Source: Patescibacteria group bacterium (GTDB lineage Bacteria; Patescibacteriota; Patescibacteriia; Patescibacteriales; UBA12465). From it: a stretch of DNA of 64,000 bases. Location of the stretch: NCBI GenBank assembly GCA_028687275.1, contig JAQUAK010000001.1:356213-420212 (forward strand), in the 5' to 3' direction. The notes below the pieces were generated by a model. That model saw only the letters and a program-made list of their open reading frames with translations, searched no databases and was not told the origin of the DNA. The first letter of the stretch is position 1; every line of letters starts with the position of its first letter. Position numbers and translations under genes: made by a program. Of this stretch, positions 56,047 through 64,000 are shown one piece after another.

Positions 56047-56388
56047 ATGCGTATCTGGGATGTGGGGGTAAAGCATTTATGTCGCAAACACTTATTAGCT
56101 GAACACCGTGAATTGCATGGTTTATGGAATATATTAACCAAGCATCAGGCTAAAGGTGGCTATTCTCGTCACCCGGAAACCTTACGCTGGGTAGGAAAGG
56201 AGAAGGCTTTATTTGCCCGACACGAAGCTTTGGTGCAAGAATTTAGTAGACGTGGCTATAAACACCACACACCTCTAGATGAGAAATTAGCGCTAGGTAG
56301 TGCTCAGCAAAAAGTATTTATTAATACTATAAAAGAGCAGAAAATATTATTAAACAATAAACCTTGCGATTGTTCATGGAAAGTTTAA
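56047..56388 (+). CDS. Pyrimidine-dimer DNA glycosylase (T4 DenV / endonuclease V-like)
   Basis: MRIWDVGVKHLCRKHLLAEHRELHGLWNIL parallels the T4 endoV LADQHLMAEYRELP segment. Size is 113 aa. Confidence 0.7.
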   Translation: MRIWDVGVKHLCRKHLLAEHRELHGLWNILTKHQAKGGYSRHPETLRWVGKEKALFARHEALVQEFSRRGYKHHTPLDEKLALGSAQQKVFINTIKEQKILLNNKPCDCSWKV

Positions 56389-56399
56389 CATATGATACG

Positions 56400-56427
56400 A
56401 AAAAACAGACCTTCTGGTCTGTTTTTT
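56400..56427. terminator. Bidirectional terminator
   Basis: AAAAACAGACC TTCT GGTCTGTTTTTT. Confidence 0.85.
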
Positions 56428-56442
56428 GCAACTAACACTAAA

Positions 56443-57489
56443 CTATTTTGAGACTACTATTATATTCTTTTCAATTGATATTATCTCTTTATGATTGCCG
56501 GTGGGATAATCTCTAATTGCTTGAAAAAGAACATCGGTATTATAGCGGTAATTCTCGCCATTTCTAGTCCCAGGATCATTAGTAATAAACACATCAGTAG
56601 TTGGGTTATAACCTAAAATGACTAGCATATGAGTTGTTGGCCCCGGCGCAACAAAGTTTGGATTATTTAATTCACGCCCATCAAAGGCAGCTAAAACAAT
56701 TTTGCCTTGCGTTAATGATTCTATTATTTTCTCTTTACTAGCATTGGCAAACCTTTCTACTTTATGATAATTAAAATAATCTTTAATTATCCAGTCCATA
56801 GTATCTTGGGTTGAGGTGTCAATATAAATTCCGTAGTTGCTTTTAAGCCAATCTGACAAGGCGATAATTTGACTCAAAGCTTCAGTCTTGTTTAAAGTGC
56901 CTCCTTTGGCCCACGACATAGCCATAATTGTAGAGGCCTCCTCGCAACCATTTTGCTGTCTAGAATCGCTCCAATCAGCAAATGGAGCCTGAGAAGTGAA
57001 GGGAACACCACTTATAAATATTTCCTGTTTATTATCAGTATTTATTATTGAAGTATTCGATATTTCTTCTTTTAGTTTCGATAAATTATCATTACTAATG
57101 CCTAGCCCAAGCTCTCTCATAATCCTAAAAGCGTCAGCTGGTCTTCCCAAAAAATACTTATGCTTATTATGAGGGTGGATATAATAGGCTTCACCGTTTC
57201 TCTCGACGTCTAGAAGAATTCGTCCAGATAATCTATCTGGGAAAATAGTATTATCAATAATTAAACTATGCTTTACCCCCAATGCTAATTTTTTCATAAT
57301 AGCAAAAGCGTCCGCTGGACGTCCAAGATAGTATAATTGATTATCACTGGGGCTTAAATACCAAGCCTCACCATTAGCTTCAACTTGAAGCAGAATACGT
57401 CCTCTAACTTCCGGTAAAATTGTCCTTGCTTGAACGATGCCTGGACAGAGAAGTAGAGCTAAAATTAATAATAGTAATATTTTTTTCAT
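56443..57489 (-). CDS. Secreted C39-like cysteine peptidase domain protein with two N-terminal ~55-aa repeats
   Basis: Signal peptide. GRILLQVEANGEAWYLSP...YYLGRPADAFAIMKKLALG is repeated as GRILLDVERNGEAYYIHP...YFLGRPADAFRIMRELGLG. C-terminal FTSQAP...GCEEAS...H...D peptidase_C39-like pattern. Confidence 0.75.
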   Translation of the reverse strand: MKKILLLLILALLLCPGIVQARTILPEVRGRILLQVEANGEAWYLSPSDNQLYYLGRPADAFAIMKKLALGVKHSLIIDNTIFPDRLSGRILLDVERNGEAYYIHPHNKHKYFLGRPADAFRIMRELGLGISNDNLSKLKEEISNTSIINTDNKQEIFISGVPFTSQAPFADWSDSRQQNGCEEASTIMAMSWAKGGTLNKTEALSQIIALSDWLKSNYGIYIDTSTQDTMDWIIKDYFNYHKVERFANASKEKIIESLTQGKIVLAAFDGRELNNPNFVAPGPTTHMLVILGYNPTTDVFITNDPGTRNGENYRYNTDVLFQAIRDYPTGNHKEIISIEKNIIVVSK

Positions 57490-57633
57490 ATACTTATTTT
57501 AGCTTAACTAGACTATTTTGTATATTAAATTATAAACTAACTACAACATAAAAAATTGACATAAAACGTATAAATATGTTAAAATAAATGTGTTTGATAA
57601 AATATCAATTAATTATCATATAAACTTAAATTT

Positions 57634-59955
57634 ATGTCTTTGAGTGAAAAATTAGAGCAAAAAAGAGCAGCTAAAGAGAAAGAGGCGGAAGAAATTAAGA
57701 AAATGAGCGTTCAAGAAAAAATTGATATCATGGGCGCAGAAATGTCATCCTTAATAGCAAAGAAAGAGAGAATCTTAACCATCACTTCTGCTCTAAAGGA
57801 CGGTTACCTTAACGCTGATTCAGATCTAAGCAATTTTAAAAATAAAAAAGAAGTATTAAAAAATATATTTGATGAAAACGAGGATATTTTAAAAGAAGAT
57901 GGTGTCGAGGATTTTGATGATATGTTAGTTAAAAATGCCGATGAGTCAGAGGTAAAACAATACCGTAAAAGCGGTGTTCGTAGCCCTAAGGATGGAGAGA
58001 CAGGAAAGCTCTATCAAAGTGTTGAGGGTATAAGCAATCTCAAAAATCAATTAGAAGAAGAAATGCCCGAATTAAAATTGAATTTTAGCGCCAGAAAGGT
58101 TAATAATCAAGACATTAATCAAAGAGAGTTAAGTTTTCAAAAAATAGAAGGATATATTAACTCCTTAGACCTTGAGTTAGAGGAATTAAAAGAAAAACAA
58201 GCAGAAACGCTCTTAGAAACAGATGAAGGAAAGAAAGAAGCCATTATTAAAAATGCAGAGGAAAGTAATCTTTTTAATTATGCTGAGATTGAACGCCCTA
58301 CTAGCTTTAGTTTTAGCGATAAACAGATTGAGCTAGCTTCTCAATTTGGTGAAGATACAGTTAAAGATATTTATGTTGAAATGTTGTCCGAAAAGATGAA
58401 AAATAACATTTTAAGCGGCATTAAATATAGAGCTGAGAATGATTACGGACAGACTGGACAAGAAAACGCACTTTTAAACTACCACAAATTAAAACAGCTG
58501 ATGGCACCAGGGTATAACTATAAAATTTATCAAAATTGTGAAAATTTAAAAAATGAAGCTATTAATCACCTGGCCGAGTTATTCAAAGATAAGCAGGTTC
58601 GTAGCTCTGTAAATGAACTTTCTCAAGGCCTTGGTCGCATTGAGCGTTATGAAAACTGGAATATTGAAAATATATTAGCTGATCAGTATATATTGCACGC
58701 CAGTGAAATGAGTAACATTGGCTTAAAAGATATTGATGGTATTCGTGATTATAATAGATTAGTTGAAGCTTTTGCAATTGATAGGTCAAACGCAGATAAT
58801 GGTAAGCGAACAAATAATTCTGGCTACATACGTTCAGCGGAGTACTATAATGATAATTTTAATAACTACAGCAAGTTTTTTGAATATATTATTAATAATA
58901 CAAATAAGGAAACAAAGTTTATTAGTGATACTAGGGATGGAACGAGTTTATCAGATAAATTTCGTAAAGAAGAAAATCGTAATGAAATTGGGCTTAAAAA
59001 AACTAGCCCAGAAGATCGTGGAAAATATTTATTACACATTCCAGATGCTTATATTAGTAAAAACGGGGGCATCGACAAGGCTTGGGAAAAATCGAAGATA
59101 GCTCAAGGAAAATGGGAAGAAACCGAAAAAAAGATTGAAGCTCTAAGTAAAGCTTCTATTGAATTAAGGTGGACTGAGATTGCAGATAGCAACTTTAAGG
59201 ATGTTAATAAAGATGTCTTAGAAAAAATAAGCGAAATAGATACTTTAATTAATAGCTTAGAAATAAATCTCCGGAAGGCCAGTTATTTAAGTGAGTCTAA
59301 ATTCGCGGAAAGAAAAATTAAACTAAAATCAACTAATGGAGCGTCTTCAGAGAGTAACTCGATTGTAGATGTGGAATATGAAGAATCTTATAAAAATAAT
59401 TCTTCTCTTCTGCAAGAAAATAAAGAGAAATCTAAGAAATATACAAACGAGCTGCTGCAAAAAAATAGTGAAGCGATAAATTCTTTAAAAAATAAAGCAA
59501 TTGTGCTTGGGCGTAACAAAAAAATTAACGAACTAAATCGTCGTGACTATGCAATCAAAAAATGTGCTGAGTTAGATGGCGCTGTTTTAGAAAAAGAAGA
59601 TATTATAACAGAGCTAAGCGCAGCAGAGCTAGCTATTATTAAGGAATTTATTGATAGAAAAAATGAATTGGATAGGGAATACCGCAAAAATGATCAGGAA
59701 AGAATAGAGTTTTATCAGCTACACAAAAACTTAAAAATTGATTTTAAAGAACATGATGTGCTTAATAATCAAGAAATGACCGTCAAAGAACTCTACCCAA
59801 TGTTACTAAACAGGCTTAAAGAGTTAAAGGATGCCAAGGAAAATGCTCCTAATGAAATTATAGCTATCAGAAAAAAGAAAATTGATTTAGATGAAAAATC
59901 AGCCCTGGCTAGAGATAATTTTAAGAAACAATCGAGTGTAAAAATCAATTTTTAA
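57634..59955 (+). CDS. Orphan 773-aa K/E/N-rich coiled-coil protein, no signal peptide
   Basis: A long uninterrupted ORF in very AT-rich DNA. Heptad-like segments at both ends. No motif recognised. Confidence 0.7.
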   Translation: MSLSEKLEQKRAAKEKEAEEIKKMSVQEKIDIMGAEMSSLIAKKERILTITSALKDGYLNADSDLSNFKNKKEVLKNIFDENEDILKEDGVEDFDDMLVKNADESEVKQYRKSGVRSPKDGETGKLYQSVEGISNLKNQLEEEMPELKLNFSARKVNNQDINQRELSFQKIEGYINSLDLELEELKEKQAETLLETDEGKKEAIIKNAEESNLFNYAEIERPTSFSFSDKQIELASQFGEDTVKDIYVEMLSEKMKNNILSGIKYRAENDYGQTGQENALLNYHKLKQLMAPGYNYKIYQNCENLKNEAINHLAELFKDKQVRSSVNELSQGLGRIERYENWNIENILADQYILHASEMSNIGLKDIDGIRDYNRLVEAFAIDRSNADNGKRTNNSGYIRSAEYYNDNFNNYSKFFEYIINNTNKETKFISDTRDGTSLSDKFRKEENRNEIGLKKTSPEDRGKYLLHIPDAYISKNGGIDKAWEKSKIAQGKWEETEKKIEALSKASIELRWTEIADSNFKDVNKDVLEKISEIDTLINSLEINLRKASYLSESKFAERKIKLKSTNGASSESNSIVDVEYEESYKNNSSLLQENKEKSKKYTNELLQKNSEAINSLKNKAIVLGRNKKINELNRRDYAIKKCAELDGAVLEKEDIITELSAAELAIIKEFIDRKNELDREYRKNDQERIEFYQLHKNLKIDFKEHDVLNNQEMTVKELYPMLLNRLKELKDAKENAPNEIIAIRKKKIDLDEKSALARDNFKKQSSVKINF

Positions 59956-60026
59956 GTTTTAACTGAACTATTATTGATTTAATTTTGATAATGAGTTATG
60001 GTTAATATTATTAAATAATTATTTAT

Positions 60027-60149
60027 ATGGCTAAACGAGACACAGGCGTGGGAAAAGGCAAGAAGTCTCATTCCCACAAAACAGCAAAAAGATTAGAAAT
60101 TAAGCGCGTAATGCTTGAAGAAAAGGCAGCTAAACGTGCTAAAAAATAA
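60027..60149 (+). CDS. 40-aa highly basic micro-protein
   Basis: MAKRDTGVGKGKKSHSHKTAKRLEIKRVMLEEKAAKRAKK, TAA stop, with its own terminator at 60177-60208. Below the track cut-off. Confidence 0.35.
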   Translation: MAKRDTGVGKGKKSHSHKTAKRLEIKRVMLEEKAAKRAKK

Positions 60150-60176
60150 GCTTTTTTGTAGATAATCTAAAATTTA

Positions 60177-60208
60177 TAAAAACGCCCGTTTTGCGGGTGT
60201 TTTTTTAG
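60177..60208 (+). terminator. Rho-independent terminator
   Basis: ACGCCCG / CGGGTGT stem (one G.U), T7 tail. Confidence 0.75.
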
Positions 60209-60301
60209 TAGGCTTTTAGTTATTGACAAAACATAAAATAAAATGTTATTTTAAGTAGTTGAGATAAATACAGTACATTAAAAACCAAAACCGAACATAT
60301 C

Positions 60302-61357
60302 ATGGAAAACTTAGAAAATTATCTATTTTACTATGGCCGCGGCAACAAAGAGCTGGGCCATCAAGTCTTAAGGCAACTAGGTGAGTTACTTGGACAACCA
60401 CTTAAATTCAATTTCATTGATTTTGGCACCTGGCGAGATGGTTGCCCAAACGATAAAATTGTTGGCTTCAATGAAGTAAGAGGAAAAAATATTATTTTTT
60501 TTGACTCTCTAACTACTAAAACAGCAGTGTTTGATTACTTAAGCCTCGCTTATGCCTTTAAACATCAGTACCATGCTGGCAATCTGATAGCGGTCAACCC
60601 CTTTATTCTAACTAGACGCTGTGATCATGAAGAAAAAAAAGAAGAAATTCAATATCTTCGGCAATACCTTAAATTTTTATCAACAGCTGGTGTTAGCGAA
60701 TTAGTCGCTGTTACCCCCCACTCAGATTACATGGGGCAGGTAGCCGAAGAATACGGGATGAAATTTCATCCAGTTTATACTGATTTCAGTAGGACATTAA
60801 AAACGATTGTCCCTAAAAATGAAAGAATCTTAGTCTATTCTCCTGATAAAGGCTCTATACCTAGAGCGATTGCTCATGCTAAGAAAATACCTGCTAGCAC
60901 GGTGGTGTTTGATTTAAAACTAAGAAAATCAAACAATAAAACTGAAATTGTTCAAGCTGAACAAGATATAATTAATGAAATCAAGTTTAAGTATAGCCAA
61001 GAGTTTGATTTCAATATAGATTATATCAAGTATATCAGTGAGATTGATATTACTGGCGCGAATATTATTATGATTGATGATGAATTATCTTCAGGCGGCA
61101 CAGCTATTGATACTGCTAAAAAGTTAATGGGAATTGGCGCAAAGGCAGTTTATTTTGCTTTTACCCATGCAGTTTGCTCAAATGGCTGGAAACCAACCCT
61201 TTTCTCTGAGCCTATATTCACCAAGATATTAGCGCAGAACACTATTATCCGAGACGAGGAAAATAGAACCGGAGGAAGAATAATTGATGTTTCGGCCAAT
61301 GAAGTTATAGCAGCTGCTCTTTATGAAATAATAATGAGAGACAGTATTGCTAAATAA
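60302..61357 (+). CDS. prs: Divergent ribose-phosphate pyrophosphokinase (PRPP synthetase)-like protein
   Basis: Collinear with Prs: NIIFFDSL, AVNPFILTRRCDHE, VAVTPHS, ILVYSPDKGSIPRA, and the PRTase loop IIMIDDELSSGGTAIDTAKKL. Carries an extra ~35-aa insert before the PRTase loop. Confidence 0.65.
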   Translation: MENLENYLFYYGRGNKELGHQVLRQLGELLGQPLKFNFIDFGTWRDGCPNDKIVGFNEVRGKNIIFFDSLTTKTAVFDYLSLAYAFKHQYHAGNLIAVNPFILTRRCDHEEKKEEIQYLRQYLKFLSTAGVSELVAVTPHSDYMGQVAEEYGMKFHPVYTDFSRTLKTIVPKNERILVYSPDKGSIPRAIAHAKKIPASTVVFDLKLRKSNNKTEIVQAEQDIINEIKFKYSQEFDFNIDYIKYISEIDITGANIIMIDDELSSGGTAIDTAKKLMGIGAKAVYFAFTHAVCSNGWKPTLFSEPIFTKILAQNTIIRDEENRTGGRIIDVSANEVIAAALYEIIMRDSIAK

Positions 61358-61361
61358 GACT

Positions 61362-61390
61362 CAGCCGCCCTTAAAAGGTGGCTTTTTTAT
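61362..61390 (+). terminator. Rho-independent terminator
   Basis: AGCCGCC / GGTGGCT stem (one G.U), T6 tail. Confidence 0.65.
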
Positions 61391-61450
61391 TAGCCAATTT
61401 GTTTAATTTATGATAATATAGTGATGATTAAATTAATAAATTCATACTTT

Positions 61451-62374
61451 ATGAGAAATAACAAAGTCACTATTATCGGAGCTGGCATGGTTGGAAGCAC
61501 CACTGCTTTTGGTCTAATAGCCTCTGATATAACTGAAGAAATTGCCTTAATTGATTTAAATAAAAAAATGGTGGCCGCACAGGTTATGGACTTGCAGCAC
61601 TCCGTGCCTTTTTGGGGATACACCAAAGTTAAAGTTGGCAGCTACGATGACATTAAAAACAGCGAATTAGTTGTCGTCACTTGTGGTGCCTCACAAAAAA
61701 TTGGCGAAACTAGATTAGATTTATTGAAAAAGAATGCTGGCATTATTAAAGATATTATGCCTAATATTTTTAAGAAAAATCCAGATGCTGTTGTACTGAT
61801 TGTTAGTAATCCAGTTGACATTCTCACTAATATCGCTTGTAAAATGTTTCCAAAGAAAAAGAATCAAATTTTTGGATCGGGTACAATTTTAGACACCGCA
61901 CGCTTCCGTCTAATTTTAGGAGAGAAAATGTCGGTTGACCCTAAAAGTGTTCATGCTTATATTGTTGGTGAGCATGGTGATAGCGAATTGCCTCTGTGGA
62001 GCACGGCCATGATTGGTAATACTCCGATCAATAAGTTTTCGAAAATATCAGCAAGGAGTAAGCGATCGGTATTTGAAGAAGCTAAAAATGCTGCTTACGC
62101 TATTATTGAAGGGAAGCAGGCAACTTATTACGCTATTGCCGCTGGAGTAGTTCAATTAGCTAAAGCAGTTTTATTAGATAAAAAAACAGTCTTTACTTGC
62201 TCTCACCCATTAAATGGTGAATTTGGCATTAAAGGAGTTTCTTTAAGTTTACCAGTTGTTATCGGTGATAAAGGAGTGTTAAAAAAAATTAATTTAGATA
62301 TTTCGGCTGAAGAGAAAAAAATGTTACAAAAATCAGCCCAGAAATTAAAAGAAGCAGAGAGGGGCTTAAAATAA
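61451..62374 (+). CDS. ldh: L-lactate dehydrogenase
   Basis: KVTIIGAGMVGSTTAF Rossmann motif, GETRLDLL, VSNPVDILT, GEHGDSELP (LDH-type). ATG 61451 is preferred over GTG 61421. Confidence 0.88.
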   Translation: MRNNKVTIIGAGMVGSTTAFGLIASDITEEIALIDLNKKMVAAQVMDLQHSVPFWGYTKVKVGSYDDIKNSELVVVTCGASQKIGETRLDLLKKNAGIIKDIMPNIFKKNPDAVVLIVSNPVDILTNIACKMFPKKKNQIFGSGTILDTARFRLILGEKMSVDPKSVHAYIVGEHGDSELPLWSTAMIGNTPINKFSKISARSKRSVFEEAKNAAYAIIEGKQATYYAIAAGVVQLAKAVLLDKKTVFTCSHPLNGEFGIKGVSLSLPVVIGDKGVLKKINLDISAEEKKMLQKSAQKLKEAERGLK

Positions 62375-62394
62375 TTTTTTAAAAAATACACTAT

Positions 62395-62422
62395 AAGTCC
62401 CGCCTCTAGCGGGGCTTATTTA
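62395..62422 (+). terminator. Rho-independent terminator
   Basis: AAGTCCCGC / GCGGGGCTT stem (one G.U), then TATTTATT. Confidence 0.7.
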
Positions 62423-62434
62423 TTATCTGAACTA

Positions 62435-63556
62435 ATGAAAAAAATTATTCTCAACTTAATAAAAATTTTACTTCTTCTGCTACTAGCGATAATTATGCTA
62501 TTGGCGAGCGGTTTTTTTGCAGTGCGCTGGGGCTGGACGAATGTGGCCGGTGAAGAGGATGATAATTCTTTTGCTTACAATCTAATTGCTGAAACTAAAC
62601 CAGTTGATGCTTGGATAAGTCCTGGATTACCAGAGAATCTATCAGTTTATGGAAAGAATGAACATCTTAATTGGTGCCGCTTAGGTGTTGCTGTAAACAT
62701 TTCCCCTTATGATGCTGCTGGTATTTTTAAAGCTTATACAAAAACCAAGTCCGAAGAACTTTTAGACAGAATGCTCTTAGCGCTTAGCCTGCGTCAGGGA
62801 GAGGGTAGTGTCTTTCAACAATTAATTAAGGATTGTAATAATGAGTCTGGATATTGGAATGAGGAAACTTTACAATTAGCTTTAACTGATATTCCAAAAA
62901 AGAGCGTCTATGCTTGGCAAAATGGAGAGCCTTGGCAAATTATCAAGGAGGCAATCATCAAAGATGAGGCCCAAATTAAAGAAGTGGCTAAGACTGTTGA
63001 TATCCAGCCACGTTTATTAGTTTCAGTGGCTATTGTGGAGCAGCTACGTTTATATTATACGCAAAGAGAATTTTATGAGCAATTTTTTAAACCCCTAAAA
63101 ATACTGGCCAATGCCAATAAAATGGCCTGGGGCATTATGTCTATTAAAGAAAAAATGGCTATTGAAACCGAACAACATTTAAATGATAAAAATTCTGCTT
63201 ATTACCTTGGACCCGATAATGAAACATTATTAAATTATAAACCTGATATTAATATTGCTAAAGAGCGCTACAATCGCCTGACAAATGAGAAAAATCATTA
63301 CTACTCCTACCTTTACGGAGCTTTAATTATCAAACAATTCCAGGCACAATGGTTAAAGGCTGGCTTTGATTTGAAGTATCGGCCAGAAATAATTGCCACC
63401 TTATTTAATATTGGTTTTAATAATTCACAACCTAAAGCTAATCCTTCAGTGGGCGGATCAACTCTTGATATTGAAGGTGAAAAATATTTTTTTGGCTCGC
63501 TGGCTTTTGAATTTTATTATTCTGATGAACTGAGCGAGGCTTTTCCTTTCGAATAG
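62435..63556 (+). CDS. Hypothetical membrane-anchored/secreted protein
   Basis: N-terminal TM (ILLLLLLAIIMLLASGFFAV) and a 340-aa external domain. No motif recognised. Confidence 0.65.
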   Translation: MKKIILNLIKILLLLLLAIIMLLASGFFAVRWGWTNVAGEEDDNSFAYNLIAETKPVDAWISPGLPENLSVYGKNEHLNWCRLGVAVNISPYDAAGIFKAYTKTKSEELLDRMLLALSLRQGEGSVFQQLIKDCNNESGYWNEETLQLALTDIPKKSVYAWQNGEPWQIIKEAIIKDEAQIKEVAKTVDIQPRLLVSVAIVEQLRLYYTQREFYEQFFKPLKILANANKMAWGIMSIKEKMAIETEQHLNDKNSAYYLGPDNETLLNYKPDINIAKERYNRLTNEKNHYYSYLYGALIIKQFQAQWLKAGFDLKYRPEIIATLFNIGFNNSQPKANPSVGGSTLDIEGEKYFFGSLAFEFYYSDELSEAFPFE

Positions 63557-63619
63557 TTCATTGTTCTAATTTGCGTCTCGCTGTATAATAAAAAGAGATA
63601 ATTTTTTTGTTATAATTTT

Positions 63620-64000
63620 ATGATAAATTACTATAAACGTAGTATAAAAAATTTAAATATAAAAAGCTCAAAAGAGTATAAAGAGGGTTGTATTATTTTA
63701 GTGAGCAGTCCAGAAGAAAAAGAGTTAGATGATTTAGCTCTAGAATTTAGCTTAGAGAGGGATCTTCTTTCTGATGCTTTAGACCCCTACGAAGTGCCAC
63801 GCATGGAACTAGAAAAAAATGCTGTTTACGCTTTTGCCCGCATTCCTACTGAAATAACTGGTCGTACAGCAACCATCCCTTTATTAATAATTGTTGGCAA
63901 CGGATTTTTGATGTTGGTGGCCAAGAAAGATTTAGATTTTTTATTTAAAGATTTACGTAAGCGTAAGGATTTTTTTACCACTCAGAAAACTACCTCATTT
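63620..64000 (+). CDS. CorA-like Mg2+/Co2+ transporter, N-terminal part (runs off the window)
   Basis: Open frame from ATG 63620 to the window end (127 codons). ...LSDALDPYEVPRMELEKNAVYAFARIP resembles the CorA LEDxLxxxxRPKxE segment. Absent from the ORF track because it has no stop. Confidence 0.5.
   Translation, partial: MINYYKRSIKNLNIKSSKEYKEGCIILVSSPEEKELDDLALEFSLERDLLSDALDPYEVPRMELEKNAVYAFARIPTEITGRTATIPLLIIVGNGFLMLVAKKDLDFLFKDLRKRKDFFTTQKTTSF

Noticed and set aside
1-64000. Alternative genetic code with TGA as Gly or Trp (codes 25 and 4), as in some CPR lineages
   Set aside because: Standard-code translation already yields full-length conserved proteins with no TGA-split gene pairs, so TGA is not a regularly used sense codon here. 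The total absence of TGA stops is kept as a separate finding.

Overview
Low-GC (about one third G+C by eye), gene-dense bacterial chromosome segment. Genes are mostly on the + strand and almost all lack Shine-Dalgarno motifs. I infer a Patescibacteria/CPR (Parcubacteria-like) genome from the gene content: giant LTD/LamG and Ig-repeat surface proteins, O-antigen-ligase/TPR fusions, DUF3048, DUF192, and a minimal fermentative core (class-I aldolase, L-LDH, divergent Prs). Confident housekeeping calls are lexA, ferritin, rnpB, dtd, mnmA, tRNA-Leu(CAA), parA/parB, dnaE, a SEDS protein, rplY, prmC-prfA, rpmE, greA, lysS and tRNA-Gln(CUG). There are two envelope-glycan clusters, at 16.7-20.5 kb and 39.4-44.5 kb. 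I found no rRNA, CRISPR array, transposase or integrase. Observations most worth a second look: (1) TGA is absent as a stop (0 of 56 genes) and as a sense codon. (2) The lexA neighbourhood at 3.6-6.5 kb has an orphan minus-strand promoter/structured RNA/terminator unit, a very AT-rich NYN gene between related flank motifs, twin perfect palindromes, a direct repeat inside the lexA promoter, a lexA-linked 45-codon ORF and an XRE two-gene cassette. (3) Two high-GC islands encode secreted proteins, one resembling an outer-membrane beta-barrel. (4) A tRNA 3'-end fragment lies beside tRNA-Gln at the edge of an accessory block (46.8-57.5 kb). That block contains a near-perfect 159-bp in-frame tandem duplication. 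All calls come from reading the sequence and ORF translations. No database search was run.
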